A DNA stretch of 64,000 bases, taken from the NCBI GenBank assembly GCA_964247055.1, contig OZ176055.1, positions 5,766,001 to 5,830,000 of the forward strand. The letters are read 5' to 3'. The notes beneath the pieces are model-generated. The model ran no database searches and was not told the origin of the DNA. It worked only from the letters and a program-made list of their open reading frames with translations. The position numbers and the translations under genes were made by a program. This DNA comes from Paragordius varius. Its lineage: Eukaryota; Animalia; Nematomorpha. Below, in pieces: positions 26,300 through 40,020 of the stretch (position 1 is the stretch's first letter; each line of letters starts with the position of its first letter).

Positions 26300-29200
26300 A
26301 TGCCCCTTCTTAAACAATCCACCCCATTTGATCAGGATATAGGTTATTATAATTTTAATCGTTATTTTAGAGAGGGCTACGAATGAGTTTAATGTTGAAG
26401 AGGATTGGTCTTCAATAATGAATATATGTGATAACGTTAAAAATGTGCCGGATGGACCAAAAATATGTGCTAGTATTTTGAGAAGAAAATTGAAAAATAT
26501 AAGCCCATATGTTCTTCTTCAAACCCTAACAGTTAAAACGAATTTTATTTTAGATTATTGATGCTTGTATGAATAACTGTGGTCATAAATTTAAATTGGA
26601 AGTTGGCACAAAGGATTTTATAAATGAATTTCAACATATTATTGAAAAAGTTTAATCATTTATAAATTATAATAGTTTAACAATAAGGTTTCGGATAAAG
26701 CCAAGGAAATGATAAAAAAGTGGGCTTATGAATACAAAGACGACCCTTCTCTATTTATGTTTCCAGCCTTATATAATCAATTAATGCGTGATGGACATTC
26801 CTTTGATAGCGTACAAAGTCAGAAAAAATCCAAGCCTAAAAGCAATAATCCAGATTTTGTTGATAGCAAAGAAGAAGAAGACGATATAGCGAAGGGTAAT
26901 TAGTATTTTTAATTTATATTTGTATTTTGCATGATCAGTTAAGGTGTTTTATTTCTCAAAATTCATTTGTTTGCTCAACTGAATTCCCGGTTTAATTAGT
27001 GTTTTTCCATTTATAGCCATTTCATATATACAATATGTTTATTTATAATGTCTTAATTATGAAAATCTTATATTAAGTCAACCTTAATTTTTGCATTCGG
27101 GGTTTTATTCCACATACTATGGGTATTAACCATGACAAAGCCTTTATCTTTAAATAATTCCATATTTGGCTCTCGTTACAAAGGTTTAAAAAGGGACAAT
27201 AGCATTTTAAGTTTTTTTAAGAAACTTTTTAGATTATTTATATCAAATGATGATCATTTTATGTAATGTTTTCGCGCAGAGCCCAACTAAGTGTTTGTTT
27301 AAATCCGCCGCTAAGTTTATATTATATTTCATACATATATATTTTATGAGTCAAGAGACATATTATTGGTTTTATGGGTCATTTCAATTCTTAATAGGGA
27401 GATGGAGTAATGATAAGCTTTTTTTCATAAAAACCTATTTTACCAATAATATAGCTGTTTATTTTATAAGCAGGATATTGCATTTATTCCCTATACATTT
27501 GACTATTATTATATAATATGGAAAAGGATTTTGTGGCAATCTTAATTAACGCTCTACATATCATATATTAATTGATTTTTGATTTGTTATGCAGTTCTTC
27601 ATTTTATATTTGAGATTAATTCGAATAAAAAAGTTCTTTTGTTATATCATCTTAATGAATTACTATCTATACAATAATAAGTCATGAATTCATGATATTT
27701 GCTTTTTTCACATTATTGTTGGAAATTGGTATTACAGTAGCGTATAATATAAAACAAATTTTGTTCATCAATAAATAAAAATATAAGAAAAAAATTGTCT
27801 ACCATTTGTTTTTAACCATGCGCTACTGTACTGCCAATTGGCCAAAAATAGTGAGTGAATTGTCCCACATTAATGCATATTGTATATATATATATATATA
27901 TATATATTATTTAAACATATATTATATATGTATAATACACATATTGCATATTTAGCTATTCACCTCTCGTTGAAAGAAATGAATGTTAATAAGAATAATT
28001 ATACGGATAATCTTAACAATAAAAATGTATATGTCGTTAAACCTGATGATGTCTCTTCCAACTATAGTAATGTTAGCAACCAAAATCAAAACAGTTCCTA
28101 TAACAATAGCATGGATAATATAAATAATAACGTTAATAAAGGGGTAATCATTAAAGCCATAGCGCTGTATGATTTTGAAGCTCTTGAAGACAATGAGATT
28201 AGTTTTAAGGCTGGTGATGAAATTATGATCCTTGATAATAGGTTAGTAATAAATATAATTGCAATGATTTAGTGGAAATTCGATAGATTTTTATATCTTA
28301 GAAAGTAGAAACATATACAATGTTCTGTCTTTTTTAAAATGAAAAAGGGTCATAAATCGCATAATTTATTAAGATTTAGATTTCGAATAAAATGATTTTT
28401 GATATGCAATGTTATTAATATAGATTTATTTTACGAAAATTGTATATTTGATGAGTATCTGACATGACACAATTTCAACAAATATCATGTTTCAACTAAT
28501 AAATAATATTTTTAGGGGGATGGCTACCGTTAAAACATCAACCAAACTGATGAAATTGTTTTCAATGTTAAATTTTAAATAAACATTTATGTAAATTTAT
28601 TTTACACATAATCAGCGATGTTAATTGGTGGAAAGGTCGCTTAATTGGTCCACGTAAAGTTAAAGGAAACGATGAAGGGCTTTTCCCAGCCAATTTTGTT
28701 ACACTTGATACGAAATACAAAGTAACTGAAAACTCTGTACAAAATGGCACAACCAATGATATACCAACTACTTCCAACCCTAATGAACTTTTCGAAGAAA
28801 ATAATGATGTTACATACATTGATGAGGTAAATTTATAAAAAAATATTTCTTATATGCAAAATTATTTTTTCCCTTATTTATATGGTAAGATTTTCTATTT
28901 AAATGTGTGTCACGTAATTAAATTAGAATTTAATAAATGAAAGTTTGCACTTGCTCAATATTGCTGATCCTACGGGGAAAATTCCAGATTCTCCGGACAT
29001 GTTAAACATCGAAAAACGAGCTTTAGCAATGGGCGCATTAATTGATCAAGAACTGGAAAAGGTAGAATTTATTTGGATGGATATTTAAATTATATGTGGT
29101 GTTTGTATAAACTTATCTCATAGTTTATATTTATTTGTATCTACTTTTATATATGATTTTCTCAAGGTTGACGACTCTCACGCCCGTTTATATGAATTGA

Positions 29201-30019
29201 ATCGTAAACTTAATGAATCCTTCAAATTTTATAATTACCTTTTAACCGTATCTACTAACCCACAACAAAGACCGCTACCCACTAATATAAATAATAATAA
29301 TAATCAAACTGCGTTACCTCAACAATATTTACAAAATGGTAATGTACCGAATCAATATGCTACTCATTCGGTTTCTACTAATTTACCATCACAGCCAAAT
29401 GTTGCGGGTATATATTTACTTTTTTTAAAGGGGTATTTTGAGTTTTATGAAATAACTCACAAATTTTTAAAATATTTTTGACTTTATGTAAAAACATTAA
29501 ATTTATTTATAGATGCTTCTAATCATATGTATAATGGGGTTGTATCAAATGGATACCCTTCGACACATGATACTTATTACACAAATGCCAACTTGAATCC
29601 GGCTTTATTTCAACCAATGAACAATTCAGGAACTCAAAATACGAATGAATTATATCAGCAACCGAATCTTTCTACCCAAAATTATCCAACTTTCAATCCC
29701 AATTTACCTCAAGCATACATGGTATAATTATTTTTTAATCTCTATTTTGTCCATAAAAAATTTACATGTATATATAAACGTTTATTGTATTTATTAGTCT
29801 AATTTAAATCAAACGTATCAACTGCAAAATCAACCATATAATCCAAATAGTGCCGTCGTGATACAAAACAATCAAGAACCGACTTTGAATCAACAAGGTG
29901 CGCTATCGTTTCCAAAGCCAGTGCCAACCCCATTATCAACTGTTCATGCAGATATAATTGACACTTTTTTTGATTCTATCCCATCTCCGAAAGATAACAC
30001 TCCCAAAATAAATTCGTGA
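26300..30019 (+). CDS. STAM: Signal-transducing adaptor molecule (ESCRT-0; VHS-UIM-SH3-coiled coil, P/Q/N-rich tail)
   Basis: Exons 26300-26342, 26371-26531, 26554-26649, 26676-26895, 27956-28241, 28616-28826, 28927-29061, 29167-29407, 29513-29721, 29798-30019, all phase-consistent. MPLLKQSTPFDQDIERATNE..EDW (VHS), KEEEDDIAKAIHLSLKE (UIM), ALYDFEALEDNEISFKAG..NWWKG..GLFPANFV (SH3), MGALIDQELEKVDD (coiled coil). Confidence 0.93.
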
Positions 30020-33000
30020 TTTTGTTGGAACGTTATGTTTGTGCATTATAAAATTCAGTACATTTTTATCTTTTGTCGCATATTTTTTTTAATATGCTTA
30101 TTTATTACTAGCTCTGGATAATAAAGCAGACACAACATCATTCTTCTCATATACCATAAGATGTTGCAACATAAATTATTAATATATATATTTTGATGTT
30201 TTTTTCTAATTTTTAAATAAATCAGCTTCATTTATCATTATCACATCTTTTATAAATTATTTGATGCAATGGCCTGTCAGATATTATATGGTGAATACTT
30301 AGTCGAAAATCGGGTCATCATCGCATTTGAGAATGTGACAATGCGCTAATAATTTTTAAATTCGATTCTGTAAAACCCAGATGATCAGGATATTTCCTTT
30401 GTGAATACTATATTTTTAGATATCTAGATTTTGTGTAAACCATTGTTTTTATTTATAAATATATAAAAATATGACAAGCCTATTAAATAATTAGATATTT
30501 CGTTGAAATAATTACATTTGAACATATTTATTATAATCAGATGTCCATTATTTATCATTAAATTACAACTGTTATTTTTGATAGAGGATCGGGCTTGTTT
30601 TTGGTTTGGTTCAATATATATTTTGCAGAGCTTGGAACCATATCAAATATTGGAAACGACTGTTTCAGATAGTGTACTGAAGGAACCGCTGCACGTTAAC
30701 TGTTTTTGAGAACTGCTTTAAAACATGTCAAGAACCGTATTAACAATAAAAAACGGTACTAATTCCAAATTTTTAACACGGTTTTATAAAATGGTTTCTA
30801 CCAAACGTTTAAGATCCCTGTCATAAAGGGAAACTGTCTTATGAATTTTTTTCGCTTTATAAAAATCCAAAATGAAGCCATAACATTTTAGTATGGATAA
30901 CCACAGGATACAGACAGAAAGAAAGGAATATAATTAAATAAAATTATTTTGCTTTTATACATCAGGGACGTCGTTTCAAATAAAACGTAAATATTTTTAA
31001 CATTGGTTACCATATGATCATAAAAATGTGTTTATAGATTTATAGTAGCTGTATCTTGCCATGCGTCGCTGAGACTTAGTCAATGTGGATTGGGTCACTT
31101 TTTTTCATTTATTAAGATAAAACTAGTGCAAAATAAGTTTAAATATAGTTCGATAATTCTCAGCTGTCCTATTATTTATTATATAGGGTTTTAAATTATT
31201 ATTTTTTATTTATGTAATGCGTATTTAAAATATAGCTTAAAGAAAGGTTAAATCTATATAAATTTTATCAATAAAAATGACGTTTTAATTTTATTTTCCG
31301 CATCCTATAAAAACCAGTGGCTCAAAATGGGAGCTTTCAAGAACCAAGGGAGCTCACTTACCAAAAAATGATCAAAGCTTTGGGAGCATGTTACATATAT
31401 CTTTACAAAAATTGGATTTATTTATATGTGGTATTTGGACCAATATAAAATTTTCGATTCAAAAAAATGCTACAAAGATAGGATTTTTAGCAAGAAGCGT
31501 TCATAAAAATTCAAAGGCTATTCGAAAACTCTCGACTATAAACGCGCTATTAAAAGATATATTGATCATTAAATTTATACGTGGCTTAGTTAATACGAAA
31601 CACTAGTTTTATCTTATATAGGGATAAACCTAGTAATAAAAAAGTTACTTAGTGCATTTTAAAATATTTATAGCAAGTGTATTATGAAAACTATGCTAGT
31701 CTTTAATGTATTGAAAAAATCCACCACATTATAGTTGTAATTTATATCACAAATTTTCGATAAATATGTCGGCAACAATGATAAACTTGCCAAAATGCAA
31801 TCTGCTCAAGTAAATCATATTATATGAATTGAATCAACCCTAAATTTATAAAAAAATATTAATCAGCAGCAAAATATGCAAAATTATTTTGATAGCTTTA
31901 AACAATTATCTGCGTTAAAAAAATAATCCTTTCTCGATATACATAAAAACAAAAAATTATATCCTTTTACATATATTATATAATTGTAAAAATTTTACTT
32001 ATCATAAATAAACGTTAGCTTATTTTTAGTGCTAAAATACAAATTTTCACTAAAATAAAGAATTATATTTAAATTACTGTAATTAAAAATAATTAATTTA
32101 TATTCAATAAATATCCATAAATTTATGTTAAAGGTTTATCGTCATCTAAAAAATTGTTTCCACTCATGGATGATATCGTTCTAACATCTAAAATAAATCA
32201 AATGTTACAGATAGTGACAATGGTTACCCCCAATATAATACCACAGATATTAGCATTTCTGCGCAAAATTCGTTTTTGATTTATAGTTTTTGACAATTGT
32301 TGTTGAGCCTGTAGCATGTAATGTTCATTCGAAACATGCTGAAAATTAAGTCGGGGGAACGAAAATCGCATTATTTCAATTTCACATTTGACAACACCTA
32401 ACCATCGTAATATATCTTTAATACTTCATAATCATTTGGGGTAATTTTATTTCGAGAGCGTTTTGAAGTTCAAATCTCCTAAAAATTTTATGTGTCGAAT
32501 CAAAAAAAATCTTTCTTTATACTTTCAGCGCATAATACATGATTTTTAAAAAACTTCTTTACCCTTAACAGTATTGCCAGGGCAATTAGAAATTTGAATA
32601 TCTTAAAAAGTATTTAAGGTATTAAGTTGAATTTAAAATATGTATCCGTAATCTCAAACTTTATTGTTGGCATTTTTTTTATTTTTTACCACTTCATTCC
32701 CTTTGCACTTTTTGTCGTAGTTCAATTGGGATAGTTTTTTATCCCAGCGCACAATTTTGTAAATAAACTACAGTTTTAAAAATTATTTTGTTAAAATTTT
32801 TAACAAACATTGTTTTTATGTATATAGTTTTGTGACTTCCAGTGTTTTAAATTGGGTAGCGTCAAGAAACGATAGACGGAACAACTGATTTAAAATCAAA
32901 ATATATCAAGTTTTTTCTCGTAAAATATAGCCTGAAAGCTTTAAAAAGTTAATTATTTACATTTTCTAACAATAATATACATTTAAATGCCTGTTGCATT

Positions 33001-33135
33001 AGCGATATAAAAAATTATAGAAAAATATGGCGGTGCAAAAGTTTAAGATGATGTTTTTTGTTATAATACATTTTTTGAAAAAAGATGATATGCTTCTTAG
33101 GGGTGAAAACACGCATATTTTTAAATTCACTTTAA

Positions 33136-33678
33136 CACTTGGATACAACACATTCATTTTAGTCCTTCGATTCAAATTGGGGTAGTTAAATACCCAGGCC
33201 TATTTAAAATTACTTTAAAAATTATGAAAGGAATTGAAACCATGGCAAAATCTTGCATTTATATAACATTAATAAACCGAAATATAAAAAAAAAATATTC
33301 AGAAATACATAATATTACTTATTTTGAGCTAAAACCGAGAGGTAAAAATTTAGTCAACGTGACATGCATGCAATGGTAAAATTGAAAAATAATACAAATT
33401 AAACAGCTTTTTCTATTTCTAACTATGTTAGATATAATTTAAATAAAAAATTAGCTTTAATTTTACCCTTAAAATTATATGAAGACGATATTTTGCAAGA
33501 TTTTTGTATAAAAATGGCGAAGTAGTTTGACATGGAACTTTTTTTTTTCAAAACAAAATTTTATTAAGATATTTTGGCATATTTATATCATTTATATTAG
33601 GATAGAAGCATAAATTTAAATTGAGACCGTTTCCTTCAGTAGTTTTTTAAAAATCCTAACCCAATTTGAATCGAAGTG
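33136..33678 (+). mobile_element. piggyBac-type MITE (TTAA TSD)
   Basis: TTAA|CACTTGGATACAACAC...CTTCGATTCAAATTGGGG ... AATTTGAATCGAAGTG|TTAA, 543 bp. Confidence 0.85.
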
Positions 33679-34692
33679 TTAATACCTTAAATGCTTTTTA
33701 AGATATACAAATTTATTAGGATCATCATCTTGCTTTTGGTTTTGGTCCTTATTAGTGATTTAAAAAGTTATTTAAACTTTTGTGGTGCTCCATATCTAAA
33801 AATGGCAAAATTAGCTTAAATTTTGTTTACATCAATTCTAAAAGTACCACTAAACTATACCATTAACAACATATATAAAAAAACAAATTTTATTTAAATT
33901 CTAATTTTTAATTGTGTGCTCTTCTAAAGTGGTTGAATTCTTGCAAATCAAACATAAAATTCCCTTAGCGATTATAGCATTTACAAAATATTTATGCTAT
34001 TAAGCCGTATTTAACAAAATGCTTTATTCCACATAGCTTCAAAATAACCTAAAAGACTCTTCACAATTTTGCTATAAGTTTAATTTACTTTGACCATTAA
34101 TTTGCCCATTTAGAGCTGCTAAGTGATATTTTGGAAGCCCCCATCTAAAATTTAATTTTTAAAAATATAGTTTTGATTTTCACATGCAGTTTATGATATT
34201 TTGGAAAGAACGTTTTAGTTTTCACTAAAAACAAATAATTTATTTACTCATTTTGCCACTTATATAGAGCAGTTACCATAAAATGTGAAATTTCTTAAGT
34301 CTCTCGCAAACCAAAACTAAAACCCATGATGATCTTGAATTTTTCAGAATTATATACATAGAGATAATTTTCTGTGAAAAAGCAAAATATAACATACATT
34401 CTAATTTTAATACAACGCGATTTTTTTTAAAGTTATATATAGTGGCACAATAGTTTGACATGAAAATTTTAATTTATTACAATATATCAGCTTATTAATA
34501 TTTCTATTTGATTAAAAGCATATTGATTAAAACCGACCCTATAGTCTTTAATTAACCATTTACCCAAATTAATGTCAGGTTTTATTATATTTTTAGTCAA
34601 AATAAGTTAATAAAAATAGTTTTTTCCATATAAATATCCTAAATACTTATTTTACACGTGTTTCATCTTATCTGCTAAAGTTATGAGTTGAA

Positions 34693-35237
34693 ATGGGCAA
34701 CACTCATGCCCCACAAAAAAAATATACTTTTGAGGCTGATGGTGAAGGAATTATAAAAGTTTTATATATTGTTATCAAATAGGTTTCTGAAGAAGTCGCC
34801 GATGATTTTGCAAAAAAAGGAATCAATGTTGACCCTAAATTTATTAATAGTGCTAACATCAGCCGTGACAAATATGAAAGAGATATTGGAAACTATCAGT
34901 ATTTTTTTATTATTATCGATATAGAAAACAATTGAAAACGTATCAAGATTATGTCAATAGCTTAGAAAATAAATTTTCAAGCTTGAAACGGGAAAGACGA
35001 AGTGAATTGGACCAGAAATTATCAAATGATTCATATAACAAAATATTGGAAAACTTCATAGAAAATTATAGGTAATTTTTTTTAAAATTATCTAGACCTG
35101 AATCGTCACCTCATGTATGTGAAGAACAAATTAAAAAAATATCCCAATGTTATTCTGAGAACACTGAAAAAATATTGAATTGTGGCCCGCATATTAAACA
35201 TTTTGAAAATTGCGTCTTATCATTGTTAAAGGTTTAA
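34693..35237 (+). CDS. CHCHD3: MICOS subunit MIC19-like CHCH protein (156 aa)
   Basis: Exons 34693-34758, 34783-34898, 34925-35071, 35096-35237; introns 24, 26 and 24 nt. N-terminal MG..TFEADGEGIIKVSEEV, central coiled coil, and a C-terminal twin CX9C (CEEQIKKISQC, CGPHIKHFENC). Missed by the ORF track because of the tiny introns. Confidence 0.85.
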
Positions 35238-35729
35238 TAGTAAAGCCTACCAATAATGATATCATTTAATTTTTTATCCGTGTGCATTTAATAAATTCCC
35301 TTATGAGCCACATTTTACTATTTAGATTAATTAAAATAATTAACGTAATTAATGATTTATTACCTTGACATGCAATCTAAAATTACGATTCTGCTTTAAT
35401 TTTTTTCCTTATATTATATGATAGTATTTATAGAATATGGTGAGATATGGGGAATTTGTTTGACTTAAAATAACTTAACTTTTGTAGATAGATTTGAATT
35501 TTAGACATATATGGTGTAATAGAAATTTTATCCTATAAATTTCATATTTTGCCGCATCACTGGTTCATAAATGCAAACTTTTGAAATCGATTTTCTTCAT
35601 TCATTAAGTAATTTGTTTAATATTTAACAGAAGAGTGATCGTCAACTACTCCATTTTGTATTGAAAGACGTATGATCATGAATTCTATGATCGAAGCATA
35701 AATAAATAAATATATGGTGCTATAATTAA

Positions 35730-36311
35730 CACTTCGATTCAAATTGGGGTATCTAAATACCCCAGGCAATATTTAAATTAAAATTTTTAAAAAACTACTG
35801 AAGGAAACGGTCCCAATTTAAATTTATGCTTCTATCCCAGTAATTATTGTATAAATATAACAAAATATATAAATAAAATTTTGTTTTGAAAAAAAAGTTC
35901 CATGTCAAACTCCTTGGCCGCCATTTTTATTTTACATATTTTTTGCAAAATATCGTCTTCATTTAATTTTAAGGGTAAAATTTTAGCTAATTTTTTATTA
36001 AAATTACATCTAATATTGCTAGAAATGGAAAAAACGGTTTATTTTGTGTTATTTTTCAATTTTACCATTGGACACATGCCACATTGACTAAATTTTTACC
36101 TTTCGGTTTTAGCTTAAAACAAGTAATATGAAGTATTTTTGAATAAAAATTTTTGTATACTTCGGTTTATTTATGTTATATAAGTGCAAGATTTTGCAAT
36201 GGTTTCGATTCCTTCCATATTTTTTTAAGAATTTAATTTTAAACAGGCCTGGGGTATTTAACTACCCCAATTTGAATCGAAGGACTAAAATCAATGTGTT
36301 GTATCCAAGTG
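35730..36311 (-). mobile_element. piggyBac-type MITE (TTAA TSD), inverted copy
   Basis: TTAA|CACTTCGATTCAAATTGGGG ... GTTGTATCCAAGTG|TTAA, 582 bp. Confidence 0.85.
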
Positions 36312-36659
36312 TTAAATTTGCGTTGCATATTTCGCAGAAATTTTTTTTCATTTTTGTCTGTCACACCCTTTTTTGCATACCCTGATTGTTGGCATACATA
36401 AAGGAAAAAATACTATTCCGAAGACGCGATTTGTGGGAATTTGTATTCGATAAGGGCGGTTAAGCTGAGGACTAATTTAATATAAAAGGGCTCGATTAAA
36501 TTTAGCGCATTTATAAAACAACAACTTTCACGCAGGGCATCGCAAAACACAGCACTTTTCGCATTCAAAATAAACTTTATAATTTCCAGGCCGATTAATT
36601 TTGTTTTTTTTATTTTTATTTAAAAAGTATAAAGTACACTTCAGCAAAATTTTATTAAA

Positions 36660-39600
36660 TTTTTGAATATGCATTTAAATATTTTTTCGATGTGAAAATT
36701 TAGTATGAATGGATAATATTAGGACTCCATATTCGGAGTTTTGTATCCACGAAGTATTTTCCTCCATAAATTACGATCTTTACATTGTTCTGTGGAAAGG
36801 CTACGTTGATTCAAGTCCATTTTTATATTATCATTATAAGAAAAAAGTGGTCGTCCCTTTCTTCTATTGCCATCAACTTTAATGTTTTCAACAGTTTTTA
36901 GAGGATGGGTGGCGTCTCTTCTCTGAGTATGATCGTAGAGACGCAATCTATTAGTTTAATGATATAATCGATTTTGTCGGTTTTTTTAATGAAAGTTGGT
37001 ATTTCTGGTGTACGAAAGCAGCTTTTGAGTATTCGGTTCTCACTGGTTAGGAGTTTTGTTTGATTAGTTTTGTTTAACGCCCATGTTTCAGAACCATAGG
37101 TAAGAGCAGGTCTTATTCCTGCCTTGTAAAGATACCATTTATTACGATTGTTAACATTTTTGTTTTGGAAAACATATTTTAACTGATTATATTTTATCCT
37201 ACCTTGTTGTATTCTTCTTTTGATAGCTTTTTGTGGGCTTCCCTGAGATCATATAACATCTCCTAGGTAAACAAAAGAGTCTACCAATTCGATGTTATGT
37301 CCATCAATGTTAAGTAGCTTTGGTCGATTAAAATTATTACTTGGGTCTAAACAAGTTAAACATTTAAAATTTATTACATTTGTTGATTTGTCTTTTATTT
37401 TAGAGCACTTTTTGTGTACCCACATTTGACATGATATGCATTTAATGGAATTCGAACGTACTTCTTTACTGCAAATGGAACAGGGGTATCTGGGTGTTTC
37501 ACTTTCACCCGTTATCATTATTTTTGTTTTTGTAGCGTTTATAATCATTCCATATTGTTCAAGGCATTTCTTCCACTTGGTATAGTTATTTACCAGTTGA
37601 TCCTATGATCGTGTTGTTTTCACGAGGTCGTCGGCCAATAACATTTCCCAAGGGCACTCAGTTCTTATGTCTTGCGTTGCCGCATCCATTATAGTAATAA
37701 AAAGGAGTGGACTTAGGACTGAACCCTGATGTAGTCCAGCATTGGTTGGGAAATTGCTTGTATTGCCGATATTAGTTCAAATGCTGGTTGCTGTATTTTT
37801 GTAAAGAAGTAGTAAGATTTGTATGGTGTGTTCCTTTATTCTTTTTTTACGTAGTGCCCATTGAATTGTGGAGCGTGGTATTTGATCAAACGCACGTTCC
37901 AGATCTAAAAAGACATGGTATAGCTTTTGTGTCTTTTCTAGATATTTTTCATGTAAGCGTCTTAGCACAAACAAGGGATCTATTGTGCTACTGTTTGGAC
38001 GGAAGGCAAACTGATTCGAATCTATGTTTATATGTTTTCTTAGCCTGTTTTCTAATATATTTTCGAATATTTTCAGTGTATGTTCCAGAAGTTTTAGAGG
38101 TTTGTAGGACGATGTTTTTAGTCGATCTCCTTTATTTTTATAAATGGGGATTATTATGTTGTTCTTCCAATCGCTGGGAGTTTGTTTTGTAATTATTATT
38201 TGGTTAAAGAGTTTGGTCAGATACTGTGCACTGTTTTTTGATGGGTCTGAGGTCGACTGAAAGGCTGCTTGGGCTTGGAGGTTTGTTACTTATTAATTTA
38301 TTGATTGCAGTTGTGACTTTATCTATAGTGATTTCTTATATGGGACCAGCCACTGGTGAAACCATGCTAAATTGTTTGGTCCGGTTTACTTGGTTGAGTT
38401 GTTTTTCTAAGTTCGTTTTCCAAATTTCTTTGACTTTCGAGGGATTCGTTATTATATTATCATTATCATCTTTTATACATTTTATGGTTTTAACATCTTT
38501 ATTACTATTGTTAAGGTCTTTTTTAAAAATCGTTTGGTTTTTAAAGTCTTTTTCTAAACTTTCAGCGATTTTAACGGATTTTTCATTCATAGCGTGTCGA
38601 ATGGCCTTTTGGACCTCTCGTTTTTTATCATCATAAACTTTTTTATCATCATTATTTTTGGAACTTTTCCATTTTTTATACGCTTCGCCTTTTTCACGCA
38701 ACAATGGTTTTATTTCATTTTTCCACCACTAGCTTTTCCGTTGCCTCATTGGTTTAGTAAAGCCGCAATGTTTTTTGGCAGATGTTAGAATTGTGCTTTT
38801 AAAATTTTTCCATAGAGTTTTAACATTGTTTTGTTCGGGTATATGTAATAACTCTGTGTTTTTTGGATCCTTTAACTTTGCTATATTTATTTTTTGAGGT
38901 TGGAATGCGGTCTTACGGATTTTCTCAATGATAAGAAATGCTGTTACTTGTGTTGGTAAGAGGATTGATAGTAAGTTTTGATGTTTGTTAGATGTTTCCT
39001 AATGTTTTTTGGAATTAATATACAGTTTATCATAGATGAGTGGTCACCAGAATTATATGTTATATGCTTCTTAAAATGGGTATTTGCGACTATGAGTTGA
39101 TTTGCAACGCAAAAGTCTAGCAAACTCTCGCCCATCTTATCGAGGGCTCTAACGCCATTTCCACTATGCACGCGCAGGTATTCATTACTATCATTATTAA
39201 TATGGCAATCACCAACAAAAGTTTGTTCGCTAGAAGAAGTTTTGTTCATCAAATCATAGAGGGATTCCCAATATTCGTTTTTTGATGTTTCGCTTAGACC
39301 AGATTGTGGTGCGTAAGTTGAAACTATATTTATTGCATTATCATTTTCATCAATATTTTCATTTGAATCATTCTTGGATTATGTCTTATTACATCAATTA
39401 TGATATCACGATAGATGTTTTTTATGAAAATCGCAACACCACCTTGCCCCTTATCATTTCCTTTATAGAATAATGTATAATCGTCTAAGTTTTTCAATCC
39501 CTCTCCTTTCATTCTGGCCTCTTGGATGCAATATATATCTATATTGTTATGGCTAAGAGTGTTTGTTATCATTAATATTTTGTTAACTAGGGTACCCACA

Positions 39601-40020
39601 TTCCATGTGGCAAATTCAGAACTGTTTTATTATTATTACTAAGGGTATTATTTATTTTCATAGTTATTTTGGTAATTTTTATTATTCAAAGTATATATCA
39701 AAAAATATAGTGTATAAAAGTGTAAATAGGAAATATTATCAAAATAATTATTATAAGTTGAATTATTTTTGTTATTTGAGATATTGATAATGTTTTAGTG
39801 TTCTTTCATATTCATATTATTATACTTCATGGTTTATTAAGGCATTTTTTTACGCATCACATGCCCTTGTGTACAACTAATAATTTTACAGATCATTAGA
39901 AAACTGGCCTTTGCCGTTAGCGCATTTTCATGCCCCGGCCAATACCACGGGGAGGTGGCAATAGGACTTTTAAAATTTCGATCGTATCCCGAAATTTTTG
40001 CGTTTATTTTTAAAACAGCC
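36660..40020 (-). mobile_element. Near-full-length but inactivated RTE-clade non-LTR retrotransposon (AP endonuclease + RT + PHD-like finger)
   Basis: ATWNVGTL..IDIYCIQE (EEP domain, ~39620-39330); FLDLERAFD, GLHQGSVLSPLLF and PWEMLLADDL (RT); CxxC..CxxC..HxxC..CxxC at 37351-37482; C-terminal RRKGRP..DRNLWR. Multiple frameshifts and stops. The 3' boundary is approximate. Confidence 0.92.
39911..40020 (-). ncRNA. HDV-like self-cleaving ribozyme at the RTE 5' end
   Basis: P1 GGCUGUU/AUUGGCC, P2 UUGCC/GGCAA, P3 ACC/GGU, L3 UCCCCGU, J1/4 GG, P4 GCA-UGAAAA-UGC, J4/2 G-C-UAA. All elements are in canonical order. Folded by eye only. Confidence 0.75.

Noticed and set aside
36420-36600. GC-richer patch as a possible snRNA or SL RNA
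   Set aside because: No U1, U2, U4, U5 or U6 signature, and no Sm-site-plus-stem arrangement, was seen on either strand.
37788-38788. + strand ORFs of 134, 136 and 64 aa
   Set aside because: Antisense shadows of the RTE ORF.
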